Shown here: piece by piece, positions 47,353 through 60,100 of the stretch | Numbering within the stretch: position 1 is the stretch's first letter | How the letters are laid out: every line of letters begins with the position of its first letter | Source: Azolla caroliniana | Taxonomy: Eukaryota; Plantae; Polypodiophyta | Assembly (NCBI GenBank): GCA_043228905.1 | Contig: JBHGNT010000018.1 | Coordinates: 12,338,001-12,402,000, forward strand | Length of the DNA stretch: 64,000 nt | Direction of reading: 5' to 3' | Notes under the pieces: generated by a model | What the model saw: only the letters and a program-made list of their open reading frames with translations | Database searches by the model: none | Told to the model about the DNA's origin: nothing | Translations under genes and position numbers: made by a program

Positions 47353-49170
47353 AGATAGATAGATAGATAGATTATATTATCGTCTTCGGAAGTCAAATAT
47401 GACCTATGAGACCAAAGATATTACATTTCACGCGATATATGTGAAAGTGAGTAGCGACTCTCGATGTTCAAGAACTTTAACAATGAATGTTGCAATCGAG
47501 TGTGCACATTGTGGTTATGAGAGATATTCGTGTAAGGATTGGGCTCGATCGAAGAGATGTGGAAAGCATGGTTGAATATGATCAAAGGTAGAGCATTGTA
47601 TCAAAGTGTGATACTCAGACTTTCGAACTTGTTTAGGGAAAAGTGTGCATAGTCGGCCACTCTCATCACTTGTGCCCCAACACCCCATCTCACATTGCAA
47701 TGCATGTGAGCTAAGTCGCATGGAAGCAATGGTAACGGGATGGGCTCTAACACGTATGTATGTGTACGATTTTCCCATTCCGCGAAGAATATGCTTTTGT
47801 AGTTAGGTGCAACATGTGTAGTATAATGTGTGAAGCGTGAGCCTCCACATTTGTCCCATGTCATGATACATTGGCATTGCAAAAATGCCTCGTTTACTGA
47901 GGAATCTAGTTATGCATCATGAAGCAAGTGTCTTGCATCCCATCTACCAAACCATTTTTCTATATCTTGCATTCAACCGGAACACAAAATTTTGCATTTA
48001 TGCATATTTTGGATCTCTTTGTTTGCTTCCCATGCAATTCTAGGAAGTCAATCTCAGGGACTTTTTTGAACCTTAAGCATGTATTCAACAACCCTTTCCA
48101 TGGCCATGATGACAATGGGAAGCGATCCTATCTCAAGGAGGAGGAGGGTGTAGGGCGTTTGTTTCTTAACTTGTAGAAAGTTTGTACGAAAATGTTTTTG
48201 GACATTTTCAACCTCTTTCCACGTAGATTTAGGGATGTTACCGTTGTCGTGATGTTGCACGTCCAATGGGAGAAAAAGTGAAAAAGTATGGTTCCACACA
48301 CATTACACAAATACTTGTAAAAAATGAAAATAAATCAATAATAAATGATCCTAGAGCCTAATGGCATTGAGTGCATATAGAGATGTGCAAGTAAGATTTG
48401 AATCTTGCACCTCCAAGATAGGAGGCAACTAACTTACCACTAAAGCTACTACCAAGTGCTCTAGATTTTGTATATTTTCTTGTCATATTCAATGTTCCGT
48501 AGGAAACAAATGTACAAAAGCATGTGCACAAAACCATGGTTTTTAAGCCTATGGTTTTGTGCATGCCATAAGAAAAACCGTGTGCCCAAAAACCATGGGT
48601 CCAAACCCATGGTTTTGTCCAAGGCTTGTGTAAGGGGGGGCTCAATATGTGATATCACCATCACCACCATCATCAATAAAATATTCTCATTTATCTTTTT
48701 CTAATTAATCATCTTCTCTCAAGTGTATCAATTTTCTTAATCTTTTCAAGTGAGACATTGTCTTCCTTGACTCAAACATCCACTTTTCGCGACGCCGCCC
48801 CATACTTCCACCCCATAGAGAAGAACTGGTGTCACCAAAGTGTCGTAAAGATATTTCTTGAGGACCCAACACTTAATATCTCCAAGATTGCATGTGTTCG
48901 CAAATGCATAGTATGCTCGCTTACCCGCCTCTAAGCGGCGTGTAGCACATTCATTGCATCTATGATTTGAAGGAACTTCAAGGCCAAGATATTTGAAGCT
49001 TTCCACACATTGAAGTGGCTCATCGTTGTACATAATGCATGGTTTATCTATTTTTTGGCTCTTCGCATGCATAATCCTTGTTTTAGAGCTATTGACACTT
49101 AATTTAGTATGCATACAATTTTTTGCAATGCCTTCATAAGCTTTTGTGCATCTCCTAAAGTATTTGAAAA
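47353..49170 (-). mobile_element. 5'-truncated LINE, RTEX-like, interrupted by a solo LTR
   Basis: RT C-terminus SFKYLGL...LLYGVEVWGG|NIPKSTW, then a C-terminal RLSSHALQCEMG.W...RLCTL..SEYHTLIQC zinc-finger region. (ATCT)n tail at 47353-47371. Confidence 0.85.
48245..48794 (+). mobile_element. Solo LTR related to the Trp-primed gypsy family
   Basis: TGTCGTGA...TCGCGACG termini with 4-bp TSD CCGT/CCGC. It shares the tRNA-like module and CCATGG repeats with the T2 LTRs. The LINE frame resumes across it. Confidence 0.82.
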
Positions 49171-49609
49171 AAACACTAAATTTTTGCAAAAAAGGAAATT
49201 TTTTCTAGAGAGGGAGAGATAAAGTGCCCATATAGATGTAGCTAATTGGTAAGGTTGCCCAATGGAGACCAGGAGGTCATGGGTTCGACCCTTACATTCG
49301 ACATTGGCATCTAATGAACTAAAAGCGATATGTATGAAGTATGTAATAGAGCTATTGACACTTAATTTAGTATGCATACAATTTTTTGCAATGCCTTCAT
49401 AAGCTTTTGTGCATCTCCTAAAGTATTTGAAAAAAACACTAAATTTTTGCAAAAAAGGAAATTTTTTCTAGAGAGGGAGAGATAAAGTGTCCATATAGAT
49501 GTAGCTAATTGGTAAGGTTGCCCAATGGAGACCAGGAGGTCATGGGTTCGACCCTTACATTCGACATTGGCATCTAATGAACTAAAAGCGATATGTATGA
49601 AGTATGTAA
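49084..49609. repeat. 263-bp tandem duplication spanning the LINE 5' junction
   Basis: 49084-49346 is nearly identical to 49347-49609, with TAGAG microhomology at the junctions. Confidence 0.9.
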
Positions 49610-50582
49610 TAGAGAGGTGAGATAATTGGGTTTCGAACCCAAGACATAGTGCTTGTAGTGTAACAACTTACCACTAGGGTAAGGTATTTACAAGAGAGAG
49701 AGATTTTTCTTGGATAATTGCAGCTTTTTCTTCAAGCAAGAAATGGAGCTTTCCTTAAATGGGTTACAAAATGTTGAAAAGACATTTTTGGTGAATGTGA
49801 TAGTGGTAACATTACTGGATGATGGAATGATGCTCCTATTATTAAAGGGGGAGGGTTTTGTCAATTGAACTCAAATGATCTCATGTGGAGTGGATACTTT
49901 GATATATATTATCTAGGAAAACATAATGATTAGTAGACTCTCTATGTCCATATGTACATGGGGCATCTTAAAGGCCATATGGTTGCATCATACATAAGGG
50001 TAGGGCAGGAAGTGTGCTTAAGTTCAAGGATAGCCAAAGTTACATATCCTTAAGTGAGTTGATCGATGGTGGCGTGTTCATAGAGAAATGCCTATTTATG
50101 CTTGTAAATTTGGTCCGTAGATATAGACAATAACCCACCACTTCAACACATGCCCTCTTGATAGGTTGAAGACAACGTATTTAAAAGTCAATGTGGATGT
50201 ATGGAACATGGCCTTCCTATTTCAAAAGGAATAGCATATAGGTTATTGAGATGATATTGTATACTTGCAGAAGATTTACTATGAGCTCCTTTTCAGGTTT
50301 ACTATGAGCTCCTTTTCAGAAGGAATAGCATATAGGTTATTGAGATGATATTGCATACTTGCATAAGATTTATACACCAAGATTATAGCGTCCACATAAA
50401 ATCTCACCATCTCCATGTCGCCACCTCATCTATGTAGAGGTCGTCCCAAGTAAAAAGGGGGGAGGGGAGAGCATATTTGCTTCATATAATATAATGTCCT
50501 CTATCAATGTTGGAACCTCATCTTGTGCTAAAAAAATTTGCCTCCATTATCAATCTGCCTGCCCATGTTTTATGTTTATTAT

Positions 50583-51291
50583 TGAACGATTTTGCAGTCA
50601 AACGTAAAACCACAGATGTACTGAGACACAAGCAAGACAAGACAAGCAACACACGATTTACATAGAAAACCCTAATTCCAGAGAAAAACCACGGTGTACA
50701 AAGGTTTCCACTATGAGACAAAAGAAAAATACAAAGCATACAATGATAGAACGTGATTGAGTATGGATGTACTCCGAGGTTGTTGTTGAAACCACAGTTT
50801 CAACCGATTGCACCAAACCCTAACTCGTTGGTATCTACCTCTTTCCAAGCTTTCAGAGCTTCTCTGTTATATCTCTCTTTTCTCCTCAGTTTCATCCTTC
50901 TTTTCTTGCTTCCTCTCACACTGTGCTATAGACCTATGTCTCTCACAACAACCACCACTGTCTCAACTCTCTATTGTTCTTCTCTGCATCGCCCTCTCTC
51001 TCTCTCTCTCTCGCTTCTCTCACACACTCACATTTTGTATTCTCGAATATTACGAATATTACGAATTTCACGCATGGGTCAATCTATGTATATATATATA
51101 TATATTCGTCCATTCCATGTATATATATATATATATTCGTCCATTCCGCTGACTCTCATTTCGTCTTCTCAGCCAATTTCGGCCAACTGAGTCCCGTTTC
51201 GGCTTTTCCTCGATTTCGGAAATCGGCCAACCGAGTCCCGTATCAGCTTTCCAGCCGCCTCCCCCATAAGGAGGGACAACCTTACATAACA
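50583..51291 (-). mobile_element. Solo LTR (copia-like), about 330 bp downstream of the Tubby-like gene stop
   Basis: TG...CA termini with perfect TSD ATTAT (50578-50582 and 51292-51296). It contains the GAAAACCCT...AAAAACCACGG motif shared with B-family LTRs. Confidence 0.85.
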
Positions 51292-51622
51292 ATTATTAGG
51301 ATAATGTGCCTCACGCCTTGGCAAGACGGATTTTCAGGTGTTTCATTAGTTTACATGCCTGTAGCCTACCATGTAATGTGATCCACCATTTTTATCTATC
51401 TATTGGAGTTAAGAATCATACACTTTGTTCTCGTTCAACTCTCTTTATTCTCTGTCTCTGCAGATTAATTTTCCTAATTAATAATCCTCTCATCTTACAA
51501 TATTATGAGATATATGAATAATGCAATTCATTACTCCAGTTTTAGAGAATTGATCATTAGATGTGTCACATACTATTCTGCCAACACTCTGCCTCAGCTC
51601 AGGCATGCCATGCCTATTATCA

Positions 51623-52069
51623 TCATAAAGAGCAACATAACTTTATGTCCATGGATGCAAGGCATATACTGAAGGCTTGATATGCCGTAAGTGGGAATCT
51701 ACATGAAACATATGAGGCAGTTAATTATATCCAGAACTAAGGTGAAAAAAGAGTGGGAATTTTCAATTAAATATATAGATTAGATGTGGGAGGAGGAACT
51801 ACTTATTACCTGTACTCCAGGAGATAGTTGGACTTCCCAATCTTGGCGAGCATGAGGATCGCTTGCTTCCCATCCTCCTTTTCAGTAGACCAAACATTAA
51901 TAAACAGCAAACATTTCACACACATCATTTGGGGGCAGTCACTGATATCCATATCTAACTTCACTCACTCAAAAATATCATTGAGCTCATCTTTCGTTAA
52001 AACTTGAATGAATGTTGTCGTTTCCGTTTCTGTTTTGAGGACATGATGGGATTATGTATACGAAACGCG

Positions 52070-52102
<33 letters not shown>

Positions 52103-52324
52103 GATGATGATGATGATGATGATGGCTTACATTCATAGTCAATTGGAAGTTCTTAGTAGACGTCTTTATGATCACACTTCTCTTCGCCCGATCTCGGAAA
52201 TCAAGCTCATAACGCCTAGCAGCCTGCTAGGTAGGTTCCACGATTTGCCAGCAGAAGCAGACATGCCAATTAAAGAATCACGTTATGAATATTTAATAAG
52301 AAAAACTCAAACACGTGAATTAAT

Positions 52325-52383
<59 letters not shown>

Positions 52384-55248
52384 GAAATTGATGGGCCATT
52401 AGAAAGACCCATCGAATCAAAAACCTTGTTATAAGATGGTTTACGTGAATAGAGCCGGTGCACATTATTTTTACTGATATTATTACTTCTGCTCTTTGAA
52501 TCCCATGAATCAGGTGGCAGTCCAGTATTCCTGGTTATCTCTCGCTGCTGCTGCTGTTCCATCATGAGCACAAGGAACCCAAAAACGAGATTAAGCTATA
52601 GAATCACCATCAATGTTGGGCTGGGTAGGATAACAGAAAACGTTTCTAATAAATTTGTAGTGTGAGACAACAGTTAACAGCGAAGGTCTGTTACTGTTAA
52701 TGGATATATATAATAAGAATATCAGGAATTGAGGAGAGTTTGGGATGATTAACCAATATTCATGTACAAACAATTTATATAACAGATGCTGTATTATATT
52801 AATAAGACATAGAATGGAGGTTACAGTGATTATGAAGTACATGAATAGTGGATGGCAAGATTTGCATGGATTGGTACTTGGGGATGGAGACTTGCATAAC
52901 CCTGTATGTCCCCGCCAGCGTCGTCACGGTTGGTTGGAACCTATATATTATACACATATTTAGTAAAACCCAAATGTCTAAGCAACGGACTCAACTTCCG
53001 TTTGCGTTATGAAGATTATTAGCAGAAGGCCTCTTAAGTTATGGAAGCTGTCTGCAGGTCAGGAACAAGAAAACTGTGACTCAACTCACATGACCACACC
53101 CAGCAAAGGACGAGATCTAGCACTACTACCTCCTCCTTTTTGAGTGCAATTTAGGTCAACCTAGTCATCCAAAACCAGATTTAACAATGGTGGTGCATCA
53201 GAATAAGAAGAAGCAGCTATACATACATATAGTTTGATTGACTGATGGAATCATTATGTTATGGACAGAATCAAATTTAGTCATTTCAACTGTGACAACA
53301 GTACACCTCCATGAGTACTACATCATACATATGTGTGAGTTTATTATTGTGCGCAATACATGCGGATGTAATGCATTAGCTTAAAGTTGTAATTAGTTCA
53401 AACCAGATAAATTAGATAGGCCAATCAATATTCGGTTACTCTGTCTGTGTAATCAATGAATGAGTTGAATGAATCAGTAGGATTAACAGACTGCCCCATG
53501 ATAAATTACTTATCGGATATCCAAAGCTATAATATGTGTATCAGCTGAAAGTTAGGGAGGATATGCATGCAAAGAATGACGGTAGAGAGTGCATCCATTA
53601 GCATATATATATATATATATATACATAACATACCTCATCCCATATGGCGTAGCGTGAGCCAACCACATTGGCTTGGATTCTGCCTAACATGGCCACGCGG
53701 TTGTCCTTGTCAGCCGGAAAAATCAGGAATTCAGACCTGCCCGTCCGACGCCGATGGTGGGCCACGGCCAGCTTTCTGTCACGTCGCCCATGCCCCTCCT
53801 AATAACACAATTCACATTCATATATATATATATATATATATATATGTATCAAGATTCCACCTCATTAATTAAATAACGCAAGCAAGAGAATTAATTGGTA
53901 CTGCTACATATGTAATTAGTAGTATTACATCTGTGTAGAGAGCATAGCCCTTGATCCCGTCCTTGCGTTCTCTAGTGATGTAGCAGACACAGCGACCCAC
54001 GTCGACAGGAAGTGGCCGGCAAAGCAGAGTCCTGATCATAATAAAAGCCATACATACATACATAACTACCATACTTCAGAATCTATTAAATCCAATGCCT
54101 CCTGGATGCGCATATCACATACATCGCCCCGCCCTAACTCATGCACTTGCACTTGCAGTGGCATGTAAGCTAGACTCTAGTTGTGGACACGCCCGTTTGA
54201 GAGATTTAATTCCTTCCTCATTCATCATGCATGACATATAGGTAGCTCGCTCCCGGGCTCATGGGTGGAATTTTAAAGACAAGGGAGGTTGTTACAGATC
54301 ATGGTTGAAAAAGAAAGGGAGGGAGGGAGGGAGGGAAGAAGGCATATATGTATAGCCAACCATATAATATTATTTATTATACCTGTTAGCCAAGGTGGAC
54401 CAGGCGGAGACTGGAGCCACGGCATGATCGCTCGTGTATGACTCTGGATCCGCCCACATCACGTACTCCGGAATTCCAGCCCCTCCGGCACTTGCACCAC
54501 TCTTGTTCTTGCTGCTCTTGCAATGATTTTTATGATTATGATGATCATCCTTCTTCATATTCCGCTGATGAATATCTTGATTACTCGTGCAGCTAGTTAC
54601 GATACGCTTATGTTTCCTGATGAGGTGGAGCTGAGAACCCTCTCCATCATCTCGTCCTTCTTCTTCTTCTTTGAAATCTAACCCTACTCCTAATTCTTCT
54701 GTAACATCTGATCTACACCCTGTGTGAGCCTTGTCTACGCATTTGGGAGCTGACACCCTGATGAGAGGAAATATTGGCGTAGGAATTGGAGGTTGTCTAT
54801 TATTCTTCTTCTTCAATGCAGGCGCGGCATGGCTACAATTACAACTGGTTGTAGGTCCACTTATATCCTCCTCGGTCTGGGAAGAAATGTAAGTCCAATT
54901 GGTCCGGTCATCCTCTCTGTCTTTGTAAATCTCCTGCACCGTGGAATGAGTACAGAGGGAGGGGATTGCTGCACGCGAGGCTAAAGACGGCAGAGATGGA
55001 GCAGAAGAGGTTTTAGAAGTAGAGAAGTCGGAATTATTGGAGGAGGAGATGGAGGTCCGTGTTGTGGAAGAATTAAGGAGAGCCGTAGTTGTGGTTGTGG
55101 AGCTCTGGTTTTGGTCTTCCTCTTCTTCCTCTTCCTCTCGGAGCGGTGAAGGTGAATCGGAGCAGCTTAATGGGTTTACATAGAGGGATTTGTATAAGAG
55201 AGCATCTTTTGATGCTACCAGACCACATTTCCTGAATAATGGGGACAT
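51623..55248 (-). CDS. TLP8: Tubby-like protein, TLP8/TULP8 type (no F-box seen), 9 coding exons, about 556 aa
   Basis: GT-AG exons in consistent phase: 55248-54383, 54031-53929, 53798-53634, 53160-53090, 52940-52841, 52553-52425, 52223-52131, 51877-51810, 51698-51623. The spliced protein contains WSTLANRTLLCRPLPVDVGRC, EGHGRRDRKLAVAHHRR, ANVVGSRYAIWD, YELDFRDR, STKNFQLT and YRFPLTAYQAFSICLASMDIKLCCSL*, all matching the recalled plant TLP8 tubby domain. Confidence 0.92.
52066..52124. repeat. Compound intronic microsatellite (CG)n(CA)n(GAT)n; further (GA)n at 52331-52378 and 55481-55512, (TA)n at 53603-53622 and 53819-53845, (ATATAC)n at 55734-55768
   Basis: Direct inspection. Confidence 0.9.
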
Positions 55249-55264
55249 AGAAGTCGTCTCTTGT

Positions 55265-55298
<34 letters not shown>

Positions 55299-55478
55299 CT
55301 CTCTCTCTCTCTCTTACATTGCTTTGCTTCTAATTCTGATCGATGCAACCTATGTCTTCTTCACAGATCACCAGCATTTGATGGAGCCTCATGAATGGGG
55401 ATATGGAAGGACTCAAATACTACCTACACAGATCTGATCTGCTCAGACTACAGAGAATTCAAGAGATCATCGTTAAGC

Positions 55479-55516
<38 letters not shown>

Positions 55517-55734
55517 ATGAGGGTAAAAAAGTGCAATTATATAATATTGAATATACACTCACTCAGACTAATTGTGGCTGTCATTGCAGGTTGGGTTTGA
55601 TTCACGTTCACGTTCCTCATGATTCATAATGCAAGTAATAATCAGACACATACAGTACATCCATACATACATACATTCCTACATACATGCAGTCATACAC
55701 TATTAGCCCCACACGTGTGTGTGTGTTCTTAAAT

Positions 55735-55768
<34 letters not shown>

Positions 55769-57173
55769 GGAGAAGATAGCCCACCCTGAAACGACATCGA
55801 CAGCAGAGAGGGAGGGAATGGATATGTAATGATAAAGAGTCATGTAGAGCTGGCAGCAGCTTCAGAGCAAGCTGTAGTTAGTAAGTATGAAAGTCCTTTA
55901 GGGAAGGCAGATGAGACAAAACACACACACACGGCAACTAGTGTTGCCACTTTCTACCACTTTCTACTTATTCTAGTGTTGCTACCTCACCAATGTATGT
56001 ATGTGTCTAGTGCCTACTGGATAGATATGTGTAGGGATGGGTGCAACCACTGAGTATGTGTGTGTGTGGAGTTTGAGCTGAACACGTACGTCCCAAGCAA
56101 AATATGATTCTGCTTTATGTTTTCTCTAACCGAGAAGAAGAAGATCATATGTAATGTGACCTATTATATACATATAATGTCCTCCTTTGCTAGTCCAACC
56201 TGAACTAGATGTATGTGACTTGCTCTAAGCATTTAGGACATATAAACAATGTTTATCAATAAGCACATTGATCTTGCTACACGTGCACATTGATTCCTCA
56301 ATTTTTAATGAAGAGGAATGATGTGTGATTAGTGAGATTCATTTAGCTTAATCTTTCACAAGAAGAGAGGCACTCTAAAAGGTTTGTTGAAACAAGAATG
56401 CTAACTCTAATTACACCAACACATTGTCTCTTTCATGAAGTCTCATGAATTCCAATGTGGAAACAAGAATGCATACTCGTATGTAAAACAATGTTGCAAA
56501 GGAAATTTGATTCTCGTCATAATACAAATGGATAGCGTGCTGACTTGGGGGATGTCGACGTATGGCATTTATGATCTCAAGCGGAATATGAGCCAAAGAT
56601 TTGACATTAGGGATATCGAAGGATAAAAACACTTCTTAGGTATGGGAATAACTCCATATAGGAAAAAACTAGAAGGCTGACTCTATGTCAAGGTGAATAT
56701 ATAATGAGGGATTGCTCTACCTCTAGGCAATATTGAAGTTGCCAAGAAAATGTAAAAATGGAATGGGGTAGAAGGAAATGTAGAAACAATAAACTATATG
56801 CCATATACAAAGGTAAAGAAAGGGTATAAATAGGGCTGAAAAGCTGCTATTTGGGCAAAGTAAAATCTCCAAGTCTGACATTTTACGCTACAATAAGGTC
56901 TTATACTAGAATATGATCACATATTGTGCCTATTGTTTACTAGTTGAGATGTTCACAATACTAGTAATTGACATGTTCTCATGTTGTGGCTATTGTTTAC
57001 TAGTTGAGAATATAAAAAGAAGGTCACAAGGTAAGACAAAGTCAAACACAACAAAAGTCATAGGTCAATTGTCAAGAGTCAACACTAGGAATCTTGTCTA
57101 AACTAGGAGAGATCAAGTGGACGTCAATGGGATGAATGATTTCGTAAAGATTGTGGTTGTGTGTTACAACCGT

Positions 57174-60100
57174 TGTCGTGAAGATCTTCGGCAATGGTGT
57201 GAAAATCGTGTGGAACAAACAAAATCGAGAAAGTGTAATGTGCACTCAACACATTTGTAAATAAAATAAGACTAAATCCTAGTAACCTTTGAGTCCATAC
57301 AAAGGGGTGCAAGCAAGGCTTGAACCTTGCACCTCCAAGATAAGAGACGAATTAACTTACAACTAAAGCCACTACTAAGTGCTTTAAATTTTATATTTAT
57401 TTTATATTTTATATTTATTTTATATTTTATATTTATTTCATATTCAATATTTCGTAGGAAGCAAACATATAAAAATTATTGGCACAAAACCATCGTTTTA
57501 ACCCATGGTTTTAGCCTATGGTTTCAGCCCATGGTTTCAGCTTGTGGTTTTAGCCCATGGTTTCAACCCATGGTTTTAGCCCATGGTTTTTGCATGGAGA
57601 GACCTATAAAAGTCTATAGTGGGGCTTGTGTAGGGGAAAGTGATGTAAGTAAAAAAAGAAACTTTTAATCAAAGATTTGAGTTATCCTAATGGTGATGTA
57701 TCTTGTCTCTTAAAACTAAAGTCAAGGGTTCAATTTCTATCTCAATCTATCTCTCTCTCTCTCTCTCTTCATCCCTCTATCTATCTTCAATACTTTCATC
57801 CCTCTATCTATCTTCAATACTTTCTCGCTTATGCTGCTAAAAACATCAAATCCTTCTGGTCCAGGACCCCGGTGGTCCCGCTTCATTTCGCGAACACACG
57901 AGGATTTCCTCGACATTACTTGGTGAACCCGATGTGAATGAGGCGGTAGGGAGGATCTCAAGTACAACGATGGCTTCGACAAGCGGAACTAAAGGAGAGC
58001 AATTAACAAAAGGTATGGTGTCTGTAGTGGAATACATGCTGAAGGTGAGAGATCGAGAAGCTTTAATCGACAAAGTTGTTGATTGTACGGTCGAGATAGC
58101 TGGACGATTTGGTGGCAAGAACATCACGGATTTCCTTGCTACCTATCGGAACAAGATGCAGCAGAGGGATGTCAATGATCTCAAACAAATTTCTAGCTTC
58201 AAACGTGTGGTGGAACCAGGGATCCGTGAGCGTGTCATGGAGATCCAAAACGAGCACACAACTTGGGTGGAGTTCGAAAAGGCGCTTCTCGCTGAATACA
58301 TGCTTGAAGATGCGTCACAGATGACTCAACATATGCTAATGATGTGGATCGAGAAGAAAGGGAAGAAAGGACAATAGAGCCGATGGTAATCTTCACGGTG
58401 CCGCACGTGCCTTGGAATTTGAAACCGATACTGGTTTTGAGAGCACACCTACCGAAGCTGATCGAGCTCTTAAAGGAGAAGGTGGATATGGGAATTTTGG
58501 AACCGTCGAATGCTCCCTGTTCTAATAGGTGGTTCACGGTGCCGAAGAAGAATGGATCATTGCGATTCATCCAAGATCTTCAACCCGTCAACAAGGTGAC
58601 AATTCGAAATGTTGGAATCAGTCCGAGCGTGGACGAATTTTTCGAGGCGTTTGCGGGCCGGTCCATCTACTCCATTGGTGATCTCTACTCCGGATATGAC
58701 CAATTCTAGTTGGCAATTGACAGTCGTGACATTACGACCATGAGGACTCCGATCGGGCTCTTGCGGATGCGTACCTTACCTCAAGGTGCAACGAACTCGG
58801 TGGCTCATATGGTGAATGCCATGAACAAGGTCTTGAAGGATTGCATCCCAAACATCACGATGCCATTCTTGGATGGTATTCTGATAAAAGGATGTTCGGA
58901 TGAGGAGAAAGATGAATCGAAAGATAAGGAAGGGTGTAGGAAGTTTGTTGCGGATCATATGAAAGACTGCGAGAAGGTGCTCCAAAGGCTCGAAGATGCG
59001 AATTTGACATTTTCAGGAGAAAAATCTGCATTCGGGCAATTAGAGATCTTGGTGGTAGGTCACTTGTGCGGAGCATATGGCCGGAACCCTTCGCCATCCA
59101 AGCTGAACGCGATCCAGGATATGAAAGAAGAATGTGTAAACCAAACGGAGGTTCGAAGGTTCCTTGCAACATGCGCATTTTATCATATCTGGATTCCTCA
59201 CTACGCTCATGTCGCTGAGCCTTTATAGATTGGTAAAGAAAAGAATGAAGTTCGAATGGCGAGACAAGCACGCAAACGCGATGCAAAGATTGAAGAAACT
59301 ACTTCTTGAAGCTCCAGCACTAAGAAAGGCCGACTATACCGAAGGGAAGCCAATTTATGTGACTGTAGATACGAGCCCAACCGGAATCGGGTGGGTCATC
59401 AACCAAGAAGGAGAATATAATGCACGGTATGCCATCCAGTTCGGAGCAAAGGTTCTCAGCGAAAAACAACGAGGATATGCCCAAGTCAAGCGGGAACTTT
59501 GGGGTATTGTGTCGGTAGTGAAGACAGACAAAGACTACCTGATCGGGTCGAAAGTGATAATTGAGACAGATTGTCTCCCAATCCTTGGGATGATCTCAGG
59601 ATGTGCGACCATAGATCTAGCTATGCTAAGGTGGATCGCCTATATCAAGTGTTTAAGCTCAGAGATCCGCCACATTGCAGGGAAGAAGAACACTATGGCT
59701 GAGATGCTGTCGAGGCCAAGATTTGAGATTGAAGGTGATATGGTTTCGGAAGATTAAGACGTCACCCTCGACTTCTTCAAGATGGCTCGACTATCGGCGG
59801 AAGACAAGGGCATGCTAACCCTCCACGCCTTCAACGAGGAGGAGTACGAAGGGGAGTGGTTACTAATCGGTAGATTCCTAAGAACAATGACGACGGATGC
59901 TTCGTTGACGAAGGAGGAGGCCTTAAGAATCCGGAAGAAAGCTTACCAATGCTTCTTGAAGGGAGTATTCCTTTGGTGACACCCAAAAAGAAGGATTGGA
60001 ATACCACGTCGAGCGGTGGTGAAGAAAGAAGAGCAAGTGACGCTAATGACCGAATTCCACGAGAGTGCCTAGGTAGGTCATAGAGGAACATGGGCGACGT

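Noticed and set aside
49235-49300. Functional tRNA genes here and in the LTRs
   Set aside because: A/B boxes are present, but no acceptor stem or proper anticodon loop could be folded, so they are reported only as tRNA-like modules.
50225-50372. Small nested duplications (about 50 bp and 22 bp)
   Set aside because: Ordinary slippage or repair duplications with no sign of function.
54370-55248. 292-aa single-exon orphan gene
   Set aside because: It is exon 1 of the Tubby-like gene. A donor site at 54382 precedes the apparent stop.
56100-57170. LTR-like sequence with a TATA box flanking T2 (also 61883-63400)
   Set aside because: Probably repetitive, but no termini, TSD, PBS or coding evidence could be fixed.
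57495-57592. CRISPR-like array
   Set aside because: These are contiguous 13-bp tandem units without unique spacers, inside a eukaryotic LTR, with no cas genes.
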